Part shown: positions 7,927 through 17,200 of the stretch, piece after piece | Numbering within the stretch: the stretch's first letter is position 1 | Layout: each line of letters opens with the position of its first letter | Assembly (NCBI GenBank): GCA_046761065.1 | Contig: JBHIFL010000078.1 | Coordinates: 1 to 18,635 of the forward strand | Reading direction: 5' to 3' | From: Candidatus Heimdallarchaeota archaeon | GTDB taxonomy: Archaea > Asgardarchaeota > Wukongarchaeia > Wukongarchaeales > JBHIFL01 | DNA: 18,635 nt | Program-made: the position numbers and the translations under genes | Notes under the pieces: generated by a model | What the model saw: the letters and a program-made list of their open reading frames with translations, nothing else | What the model was told of the DNA's origin: nothing | Database searches by the model: none

Positions 7927-8817
7927 CTAACATGTTTCCAATTCCTTTTTGAAATCAAGAATATATTCATAAGCGCTATTCAATGCAATAAAATTGGAGG
8001 GATAGCCAAAAATACCCATTCTTTGGATTAGGTTTGATTTATCCCAAATTATAATATTTTTTAAAGTAAAGCCGATTCTCTCCAATGATTTAATCAAAGG
8101 AATATGAATGAAGTAGGGAACAACGTCACGAATGTTGATTACACATCGTTTTTCTGGTTTGAGAACAGAATAAATTTCTTTGAAGATCTTGGTTATTTCT
8201 TCAATGAAAGTTGGTGAGTCCATATTTCCCAAGTCTCTTGGGTTGTCACTATATTTTTCAGTAATACCCAGTCTCTTATCTTGCCTTACATTTGTATGTT
8301 TACTTTTGTTGGTCCGCACTGTATCTAGGATATTTGCATATGGTGGACTTGTGACGAATAAATCAATACTTTCATCAGGAATATATTTTCGTAGATTTAT
8401 AGCATCTTCACTAATCACTTCCAATTTTGGTATCATCCCATACAATTTTGTGTCTTTTAATCTGTTTTTTGCAATATTACAATATTTTTGATTCAAATCA
8501 ATACCAATACCATGTCTTTCTGTGTCATTGCAAGCGACCAGCGTTGTTCCAACGCCATTAAAACAATCTAGAACTACTTCGCCTCTATGAGTGAATAGTT
8601 CTATTATTCTCCTAACTAATGCAATTGGGAAAACCGCTGGATGAATTTTCTTATCACGTATATCGCGTTTTTCGTAGTCAAATCGCCAAACGCCAATCAT
8701 ATTCCTTACCCATTCCTTGCCGCTCAAACAATTGAGCCTATTTGGGGTACATTCGCAAATTCTCTGAGTTTTGCCAAACCACTCTATTCTTTTCATTTCA
8801 ACCAACTTTTTGGCCAA
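7927..8817 (-). CDS. Site-specific amino-DNA methyltransferase (N4C likely, SPPY type)
   Basis: HPAVFP, SAM-binding LDCFNGVGTT, GIGIDLN, catalytic TSPPY, VLKP, IIWDK and YEYILDF motifs. Confidence 0.93.
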   Translation of the reverse strand: MAKKLVEMKRIEWFGKTQRICECTPNRLNCLSGKEWVRNMIGVWRFDYEKRDIRDKKIHPAVFPIALVRRIIELFTHRGEVVLDCFNGVGTTLVACNDTERHGIGIDLNQKYCNIAKNRLKDTKLYGMIPKLEVISEDAINLRKYIPDESIDLFVTSPPYANILDTVRTNKSKHTNVRQDKRLGITEKYSDNPRDLGNMDSPTFIEEITKIFKEIYSVLKPEKRCVINIRDVVPYFIHIPLIKSLERIGFTLKNIIIWDKSNLIQRMGIFGYPSNFIALNSAYEYILDFKKELETC

Positions 8818-8914
8818 AATTAGAATAAATTTGTGGATACACGGCTTTTAGACTACCATAAACTTTTACCTATTTTTTAGTCGTCAAGGAGTTGCATTAA
8901 ATAATATCGAAATT

Positions 8915-9814
8915 TTACGATTCCCATTTACATAATCTTGCATATCTCTTCATTTCTATAGACTGTTCATTTTTGGGAACGTCATTAATGACATTTAAAG
9001 CGTCTTTGTACCTTCCTTGCTCATAGTAGTATTTTATTGCAGTTATTGGAGATGGTTCTACATTTAAATCTCCATAGTATTTAAACCAGTCATCTTCAGT
9101 CATGAAATTAATTATGATTGCTTTTTCTGCTAGGATTTTATCTATTAAGGCGGTTTTTTCTTCATTCAACCGCAAGTTCCCGTTTTCATTAACAATAACT
9201 AAATTAGTATTCACAAAAAAGGATCGGGCATAGCTCGAAAGGCGATGAAGTTTTTTATAGAATGTATTTGAATAAGTCAGCATAGATTTCTTTTCTTCCC
9301 CTATTTTTCTATATTTTTGGATTTTTTTCGATGTCAAATCAATTTCTGTCTCATCTCTTAGTCGCATCACGAATAATGCCATCTCATTATGCGTAACATA
9401 TGCTACTTTTCGCAGTATCTTTATGAAGGCTCGAAACGGGTGAATTTTTAATCCTTTTATTATTTTTTGGGAAGGATTTGGGAACTGCCATTTTAAAAGT
9501 TGATCACGAACAATTTCGTTTTCTTTGTCATAATTGTCAAGAACTTTACGTCCAGCCGGCGAAAAGATTATAATTCCTCTTTGTGATGGTTGGGTATAAA
9601 CCAAACCCAAAAATTTACATAAAGCAAAGATTGTTTCAATTCCATGTTTAGAAAGTCGTTTATTGGTGATTTTTCTCAAAAGTAATTCATTTGATAATTC
9701 ATTCTTTGTATTATCATTCCATAATTTTCCATCAAATTTGTATATTGTGTGTAGGTAGTTGTGGAGCATATATGGCGACCTTTTCGGAACAAGCCAATAT
9801 GACCGCATATTCAC
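8915..9814 (-). CDS. AlwI/type IIS-like DNA-recognition domain protein lacking an evident nuclease domain
   Basis: LGLVY...FSPAG, DQLLKWQFPNP, KIHPFR.F..IL and T..E.ALF resemble the N-terminal recognition part of AlwI-family enzymes. It is only 299 aa with no recognisable PD-(D/E)XK or HNH motif. The probable start is ATG 9808. Confidence 0.65.
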   Translation of the reverse strand: MNMRSYWLVPKRSPYMLHNYLHTIYKFDGKLWNDNTKNELSNELLLRKITNKRLSKHGIETIFALCKFLGLVYTQPSQRGIIIFSPAGRKVLDNYDKENEIVRDQLLKWQFPNPSQKIIKGLKIHPFRAFIKILRKVAYVTHNEMALFVMRLRDETEIDLTSKKIQKYRKIGEEKKSMLTYSNTFYKKLHRLSSYARSFFVNTNLVIVNENGNLRLNEEKTALIDKILAEKAIIINFMTEDDWFKYYGDLNVEPSPITAIKYYYEQGRYKDALNVINDVPKNEQSIEMKRYARLCKWES

Positions 9815-10015
9815 TTTTTTGCTGAAGCAAACTTATTTTTTTATGCAAATGACAAGGCAAATTACTTGTTATTCAATACTTTTGTGATTACTAGATCGAT
9901 CATCTCCTCTTTTTCTTTACAAAAAACATTGAAATTCAATAGAACACTATTAAATGGAAATAAAACCTAAATAAATGACAAATGGTATAGATAATGTATT
10001 AATAAAATCAATTAT

Positions 10016-11500
10016 CTATGATTCTATTCTGTAAGCCAATCTCTTTGCTTTAAACTCTCCAGGTGCCATGTGATGCAGTTGATCGATTATTCGTTGCCGG
10101 TATTCTACGGCAAGATCCATGCAGGTTCTTAGATCCATTTCGCTATAGAGACCATTTGGGGAAAGTAATTTTAACATTCCACTTCCTATTTTCTTAATGC
10201 TCTTCTCATCACGAATATCTGCGTTATCCAACTGAACTGCTTTACTGATATATCCGTTAAAGTCTATCTTACGGAGTTCATGCAAGATTTCTGCAAAATA
10301 ATCGCTTACAAACCCATAATTTTTTGCAAGATGTTTTTCGCTTTGTTGAATTCTTGGTAACTCCCACCCTGGTATAAACCCATTAAATCTATCAATAAAA
10401 GCAGTTTCACGCATTTCAGTAGGAAAAACCTCAAATAACGGTTCAATACTTGGGTATCCGTCCTTTACAGGAATATTTCCAACCATTATAAGAGATGTAT
10501 CACTTTGAATTTGTTTAGTTCCCCGGTCAAAATTTCCACTTTCCATATAGTCTTTCAATTTTCCAATGGTCTCAAAGGAGTATTTCATCTGGATTGTGCT
10601 AACTTCATCTAAGACTATGCAGTCTTTAATAGCTAATAACCCTAGACGTTGAGTACTTAGATTTACAAAAAGCGTAGCTGGAGTAATTTGGCCGCCTGAG
10701 ATGATCCTAGAATGATATGACACATTTCGGAAAAGAAAGGTTTTTCCAGTGCCTTTTGGACCTAACTCAACTATATTCACATTAGATTCGACTAGGGGGA
10801 TCAGGCGTGACAGTAGTACAAGTTTCGTCCTATCACTATAATTTCTCGGATTCAAACCGACACTGTTTATCAAAACATCAATCCATTCTTTTGTTGAAAA
10901 ACTCTCTCGTCCTTCTAGAAAGACATTAAAGTCAAGTTTTGATATCTGAAAGGGCGTAAATTCGGTTAGTAAGACCGGCGTATCACTATCTGGAACATAA
11001 ACTAGGTTTCCAACTCCCCACATACCATCTATAAGGAGGTTCTCATGTTGATAAAGCAAAGATTCAACGATTCTTGCATTTCGGATATCTAAACAGGGGA
11101 TCCAAACTTTTTGAATTCCACGATTGATATCAGTCTCAACTTTAAATTCATCCAACAACTTGTATGAACCAAATCTCATTAAAATGGTCTTTATTCGATC
11201 TTTTTCTTTCCGTTCGGGGTAAAACTTGTGAACAAAATCACTTAGTTTTGCCAGATTTTCTTTGGTGACACCATCCTTACAAAATTTAATAAGGAGATAC
11301 TCTGAGACAAATCTTGGCAGTCTCTTTATTTCCTGTAATTGAGATAATTTCTTATCTACCACAAATTCTGGAAAAACTTTCAGTAGTTTTTCATTCAAAC
11401 TGTCTTCAGAGATCATGTCTTCTATTAAAGTATCAATAGAACGTTTTACAGGTTCATCTTTCTTTATATTTTCAGACATTTTACCACTTGCCTGGTTCAT
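10016..11500 (-). CDS. brxL: BREX BrxL-like AAA+/MCM-like ATPase, without C-terminal Lon protease domain
   Basis: WIDVLINSVG.NP, RLIPLVESN.N.VELGPKGTGKT (Walker A), IVLDEV (Walker B), LKDYMESGNFDRG, AFIDRF.GFIPGWE, RDEKSI and AVEYRQRI..QL are BrxL signatures. The probable start is ATG 11479. Confidence 0.92.
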   Translation of the reverse strand: MNQASGKMSENIKKDEPVKRSIDTLIEDMISEDSLNEKLLKVFPEFVVDKKLSQLQEIKRLPRFVSEYLLIKFCKDGVTKENLAKLSDFVHKFYPERKEKDRIKTILMRFGSYKLLDEFKVETDINRGIQKVWIPCLDIRNARIVESLLYQHENLLIDGMWGVGNLVYVPDSDTPVLLTEFTPFQISKLDFNVFLEGRESFSTKEWIDVLINSVGLNPRNYSDRTKLVLLSRLIPLVESNVNIVELGPKGTGKTFLFRNVSYHSRIISGGQITPATLFVNLSTQRLGLLAIKDCIVLDEVSTIQMKYSFETIGKLKDYMESGNFDRGTKQIQSDTSLIMVGNIPVKDGYPSIEPLFEVFPTEMRETAFIDRFNGFIPGWELPRIQQSEKHLAKNYGFVSDYFAEILHELRKIDFNGYISKAVQLDNADIRDEKSIKKIGSGMLKLLSPNGLYSEMDLRTCMDLAVEYRQRIIDQLHHMAPGEFKAKRLAYRIES

Positions 11501-11543
11501 TTAGGAGCTTAATCATTAATTAGAATATCAAATTCATTCCTTT

Positions 11544-14222
11544 TTAAATGAATGAATCCAAAATCTCATCAACACTCCTTTTAACCTTTCTAGGATCTTC
11601 TATCACTTTTGCCGTACAATATGAACTTGTTTTTTTCATTTGAGAAAGGATGCTATATTCAAAATCAAAAATCAACTTGATTCTTCCTAATTCTTGCGGT
11701 TGAAACCTCATTTTAACTTCTATTTTCTCTTTCGAACCAATTACAGGGATGTTTGTTGTGCTCTGTCCAATCAACTCAATTCGAATGTTTTCAACCGCAC
11801 TATTGTTCAAATTTTGAATTTTTATCGGTATATATGTCGATTTATTGATAATGTATTGTTTTCCTTGAACTTGAGAAAGGTCCACTGATAATGGGATTAT
11901 TTTTAACTCTTTTCGAGGCAATAGAATGCTAAAGGGAACTAATACCTCTTGAAGTGATAGACCCCCATGAGAGTAACAATAGTGTGACCTGAGTCGGAAG
12001 AGTGGGTCAACAGTCATTTTATCACTATGGCGAAAACTTAGGTTACCAATAGGAAACGCAACGTTTCGGCTATTATTATCCATGATCCCAAAATCCTTAA
12101 CATTGATTTCAATAACCTCTCGGTCAGTCAGGTGTTCTCCCTCATCTAATGCAATACATCGATCGTGAATGAATCCTTTATACCTTCCAACTTTCATTTC
12201 ACGTGTAGTTCTCACAAAACCGTGATCCGATAGTATGAATAAAATACTCGACTCTTCTTTCTCGATTTCCTTTATTAAGGAATCAATGAGCGTTTCGTAG
12301 GTTGTTAGAAACAGTCGCCGGAGGTTCCCCTCAGAACCATTATATTGGTGAATTAAGTTATCAATATTGTTGAAAATTAATATTTTGACTTGATTTGGGC
12401 TAAAAAGCACTTTATCAACAGCATCTATCTTTACATCCGAATCAGACTGTGAACAGAAGTCTATTTGGGATGAAGGAATGCCAAGACATTCGCTTATTAA
12501 TCTAACCTCGTTTTTTTTCTTCTGGGGCTTCCCCTCATTTGGAAAGATAAGAGTGTCTCTTGGAAGCCTACCTGAAAAAATGCTAGATCGGGAGTAGATT
12601 GTAGTAGTTGGTAACATTGCCAAAGCTGGTATTGTCTTTATTTCAAATTTTTGCTCAAATTTTTCTTTAAATAGCTCCCAAATATCCCATCTCATACAAT
12701 CAAAGATAACTATGAAGATCTTTCGATATCTTGCCTTTTCCGGCATGAATATCTTTTTGATAAAATCTTTTGCTAGAATCAGTTCTTTTGTATCTCTAAT
12801 CCAAATAGGGTAGTTTTTTGTAAGAAACTTTGCAAATTTTTGATTATATTCCCAGATTAAACTTGTATATATTTCCTTCAATTTATTACGGTTGTCTCGT
12901 GTCAGATATCGAAATGATCTATTTGATTCTACCTCTGCATAGGCGATTTGGAAAGGAACAATTTTGCTTAAGTAGATCTTTGTCCACATTTCAACAGAAT
13001 TTAACTTTTGAATATCTTCAGCTTCTAATTCATTTGATAATTTTAGAAAATTGGTAATATGTTGAATTAATATAATTTCTTCTTGGAATTGATGCGAAAA
13101 TAGGTGGTTCTGAAGACTGTTCTGAATTATTGTGATCTCTTCTCTTAAGTAAGAGCTTGGATATTTAACAAGATAGTTTGAAACCCTCTTTACTGTTTTT
13201 TCAAAATTTATCTTTGTATATTGGTCTTTTTCTATCAACTCTGAAAGAGCTTCGAGTTCATTTGTACCATCAATTTTCGAGACCCGCCTGAATTGCATCT
13301 TAGCTGCTTGCGAATTGTCCAAACGAGTTTCTAATTGCGTTAGTTGATCTTGACAGAGCTTTCGAAGCGACCTATCTGAGAGAAGATTATCACACAATCG
13401 CCCGAAATCTTCGAATTTTAGCGATTCAACATCAAATTGCGTGAAAAGGGAAGGAAAAATACTCCGAATGTATGTCTTAGGGTTTTTTCCAAAATCCATG
13501 ATAATTTTCGAAAGCCAGAGTAGTTCTGGAAAGCTTTGATGATTGAAATCGCTTTCAAGCACTTTTTCGAATATTTGAGCAAGATTTCGATCTGTAGCTA
13601 CCAATTTTGATGTAAGTCGTTCATACAGGGTCGGTGATTTTGTTTGTATGGATTTCGCTCTGTTTTCTGGATATAGGAAAAGAAACGCTTCTTTTGGTGT
13701 TAAATCATTTAATAAATTAGTTTTTGCTAGAGCTGAGATAATAATATCGTAATATTTGGGTTGTGTAACTGGCTCATTGGCATTCCCTCTATATTCGATT
13801 AATTGTTCGAAATTGTCCCAAAAAACCCTCCCTTCTAAAATATTAATTATTCGGTGCCATTTTAGTTTAGTAAAGGATTCAAGCAAATTTTTAGGTGTCA
13901 CTGTGACTTCGTTTCTACCACATCTTGAAACAATATCTTGAATCTTCGAGTTATCCTGCCGTGACACAACGCAGATTTTTCTTTCTAATGCTTCGTTTAA
14001 GTCATACATTAGTCTATATTTTTCGATTTCAGCTCGAAATATTAAATCATTTTCATAGAAGATAATGATATATTCTTCTTTCAGTTGCTTCAACCAATTT
14101 TTATCAAGGATAAGTCCGTTTTGATCGTTTATTAAGAGGAAGGGGGATCGTCTTAGCGGAATAGACATTTTTATAAATTTTTGGAAGACTCCACTAGCTA
14201 TTTCATTTTCCATCCTGGTCAC
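11544..14222 (-). CDS. pglZ: BREX PglZ alkaline-phosphatase-superfamily protein
   Basis: IFDCMRWD, AMLPTTT.YSR..IFSG, IDNLIH, ILSDHGF and SHGGLSLQEVLVP motifs, with a beta-rich Ig-like C-terminus. The probable start is ATG 14213 after a GGTGA SD, overlapping the brxC stop. Confidence 0.93.
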   Translation of the reverse strand: MTRMENEIASGVFQKFIKMSIPLRRSPFLLINDQNGLILDKNWLKQLKEEYIIIFYENDLIFRAEIEKYRLMYDLNEALERKICVVSRQDNSKIQDIVSRCGRNEVTVTPKNLLESFTKLKWHRIINILEGRVFWDNFEQLIEYRGNANEPVTQPKYYDIIISALAKTNLLNDLTPKEAFLFLYPENRAKSIQTKSPTLYERLTSKLVATDRNLAQIFEKVLESDFNHQSFPELLWLSKIIMDFGKNPKTYIRSIFPSLFTQFDVESLKFEDFGRLCDNLLSDRSLRKLCQDQLTQLETRLDNSQAAKMQFRRVSKIDGTNELEALSELIEKDQYTKINFEKTVKRVSNYLVKYPSSYLREEITIIQNSLQNHLFSHQFQEEIILIQHITNFLKLSNELEAEDIQKLNSVEMWTKIYLSKIVPFQIAYAEVESNRSFRYLTRDNRNKLKEIYTSLIWEYNQKFAKFLTKNYPIWIRDTKELILAKDFIKKIFMPEKARYRKIFIVIFDCMRWDIWELFKEKFEQKFEIKTIPALAMLPTTTIYSRSSIFSGRLPRDTLIFPNEGKPQKKKNEVRLISECLGIPSSQIDFCSQSDSDVKIDAVDKVLFSPNQVKILIFNNIDNLIHQYNGSEGNLRRLFLTTYETLIDSLIKEIEKEESSILFILSDHGFVRTTREMKVGRYKGFIHDRCIALDEGEHLTDREVIEINVKDFGIMDNNSRNVAFPIGNLSFRHSDKMTVDPLFRLRSHYCYSHGGLSLQEVLVPFSILLPRKELKIIPLSVDLSQVQGKQYIINKSTYIPIKIQNLNNSAVENIRIELIGQSTTNIPVIGSKEKIEVKMRFQPQELGRIKLIFDFEYSILSQMKKTSSYCTAKVIEDPRKVKRSVDEILDSFI

Positions 14223-17200
14223 CGACGATTTGAATTAAAGTGTCTTGATCTGGCTTGTCTGGTGTGTTTAACCAGGAATTCACTTGCTCGATGACAGTTG
14301 AAGGTGGAAGAGTTCGTCCTTCTAAAACATTTATCAACTTCCTCAATGATCGTTTCTTTACCTTTATTCCCTCTAGCGCCTTATTGATTTCATCAATCAC
14401 TTCATGAGTAACTAACATAGAAAGTTGGTTGATAAGCTTCTCACAACTTTCAGTCGAATCGAGGTTAAACAATGATCGTATTTGATCACCTATCTTGGAA
14501 TTTGTCTGTTCTATATATGAAATTATTTTCTCCTTGTTTGTTTTCAAATTTAATGCGTTTAGATACTCCTTGCATCCCGAGCAGATACGCTCATGTATTT
14601 CCTCCACCGACAAGTTCTGAACAACATCACCTAATTTGAACCCACAATCGCATATTGGTTTTTTTGTGAGTATTTTTATAACATCTCGCTCACAAACCCC
14701 CCGCGCGATTTCATCCAAACCTAAAGAAGCTATATCGTGTTCAACTTTAATCTTCTCTATCCCAGACAATTTTGTTAACACAACATATCTTGGTGCCTTT
14801 CTCACGCTTTTTAATATCGTTTCACGCTTTTCTGCTTGCTTAGCATCGTAGTGTTCGCTAGTGTAAACGTTCTTATAAGCTGCTTGAAAATTATTGAAAG
14901 TTTTTTCAAGTTTCACTAGGCGATTTCTGAATATAATTCCTTCAAGATCTTTGAGAATTGAAATTGTTCCTGTTTTTTGTGAGTATAATTCCTCATAGGC
15001 TTCTGGAACCTCTGCTGGAACAAGATATCGATGAATTTTTGAAAGCTTATCCATCCCAGAATCAACAAATTCAAGTATCTTGTCATAATCGGCCTTTAAT
15101 AATTCTAGATTTTCCTCAAATTGCTCATTGAACCCCAGAAAAGATTCGAGACCTTCTCTTGATGGTATTTCCTCGTTAATACTCTCTAAAACTGAATGAA
15201 ACTTTTCAATGATGCGCTTTACTTGAATTAGATTCACGTCAGAGTATCCAAGAGAGTCCTGCATATTCTTAAACTCAACTATAACACGGTCACTTTGTTG
15301 CAAGTTCTCAGACTTGAAATTACAGAATGACGTCCATAGTTCGTTTTGGTTTATAAGATTATAACTTCTTGGGCTCTCTCCAAGTAACACTTTTGACAGA
15401 TCATTGACGTCAGACCATTTCTCTCGATTGATTAATTGGCCTTTTTCCAGCGTAGTCAGGTTTTTTGAAATTGGCGTTCCCAAATTGCTAATATTAGTGT
15501 GTGTATAGATCTTTTTGCCCTTTTTACCAATAATACTGCCTGTCTTTATCAAACTAGCAACTAATAGTTCGAACACACTGTCAATTATTCCGAACTCGGA
15601 TTTTCTAATTCTCCAATAGATCTCTTCATAGTTTCTCTCACCAGTCTCGGGCATAAAGTTCATTATCGCCTCTATTGCTTTGGACCCCTCAAGTTTCAGT
15701 TTCCATTCAGTCCCGATCCTCTCGACTATTCCCATGGGTTCAGCATAATTCTCAAGTGCGGATTTTAACCGAGGAACAGGATCCTTGACAAAGCCTTGTT
15801 TAATAAATTCATTAAAAATTTTATTAGCGGGTCCTCTAGTTCTTAAAAGGCGGCCGAAGACTGGATGTTTTGGATATTTTCGATTCAGAGGAACTTCCAC
15901 GATCTTGGAAAGCAAAATATCAAATGGTTGAGCTGAATATTCTCTAAGTTGTATGTCCAGATCACCTTCAGTTGTATAAACTCTTCCATCGTAATAGAGC
16001 TTTTTGAGATGAGAAGCAAGACTTCGCCGTCCCTCTCCCCCCCAGGAATTCAATTTCTCAAATTTTATAGCGCCTTCCGCTGTTTTGTCGTTTTTGTAAT
16101 CGTCCTGTACTTTTAAAATTGCAGTATAGGTCTTTAAAGCCTCTAACAAGGATTTTTTGATCCCAATCATCTCAATTTTTTCAACGACGTCAGATATTTC
16201 TAATGGCAACCAGAAAATGATTCCAGATTCTTCCTCTTCATCTAAAAGTGAGTTTATGTGTCTTTTTTGTTCCTCAACCTTAAAAGGCAGTCCAATTATC
16301 AGCTGAAAATCTTTTTCTGAGTTTTTTAACAATTCTCGTGCATCTGTCATCGTATCTTCAGTGATATCTGAAACATTTTGAATAAACAAACCACCTACTC
16401 GGTTTGTCTTGTTCCATTGCACCTCAATCTCATTGGGAAACCCATATTCGAAATCTTTTAAAATATCAACTAGAGACAGGAGAGGAGTAAACAACCGTCT
16501 ATCATCATCTGCTAGTCCTTCAGCATACCTCTCGACCTCTGGTCCCGGATCGCCACGAATCTCCACATCCAAGAAGTAAATCTCTTCGAATTTTTCCTTT
16601 CCACGCCTTATTCCGATGTATTGTCCTATCGATGCCAATTCACGCAGGAGACCATTAACATAATCATAATTTTGTTTACTATCAAAGGGACCGTACATTA
16701 CCATGTTTGTCAGTTCTAGTACATTCTTCTCTAAATTAGCTATCTTGAGAATTGCGAGAATTTTTATTAGTTTAAGCCCATATCGTCGGTCATCATCAAG
16801 TTCCAGCTTTGGAATAACGTTTTTCTCAAAATATTGATATGCTAAATATTTATCAGAGAACCGATCTTCAATTCGAGTCTCAAAATCATCAAATACCGCA
16901 TCAGGAGTTAAAAGATTGATGAAATCTTCATTTAAAATACCCGGAACTCCTCTTCGGGGATTTCCTTTCACTTCATCATGAATAAACTCCACAAGACTTC
17001 TAGTTCGAGAGAAGTACTGCATAACTTGTTCTAAACAGTCCAGTGTTGACGGATGAACTGGATAGATTTTCAAAAATTTGTCTTTGGGAAGTGTGTGTCT
17101 TAGATCCGGAAATTTTTGCATTAAGATTTCGTAGGCTTCTTCAATTTTGTACGGTTTCTCTTTGACTACCAGTCGTTCGCCGATTAGTTCTTCAATGTGT

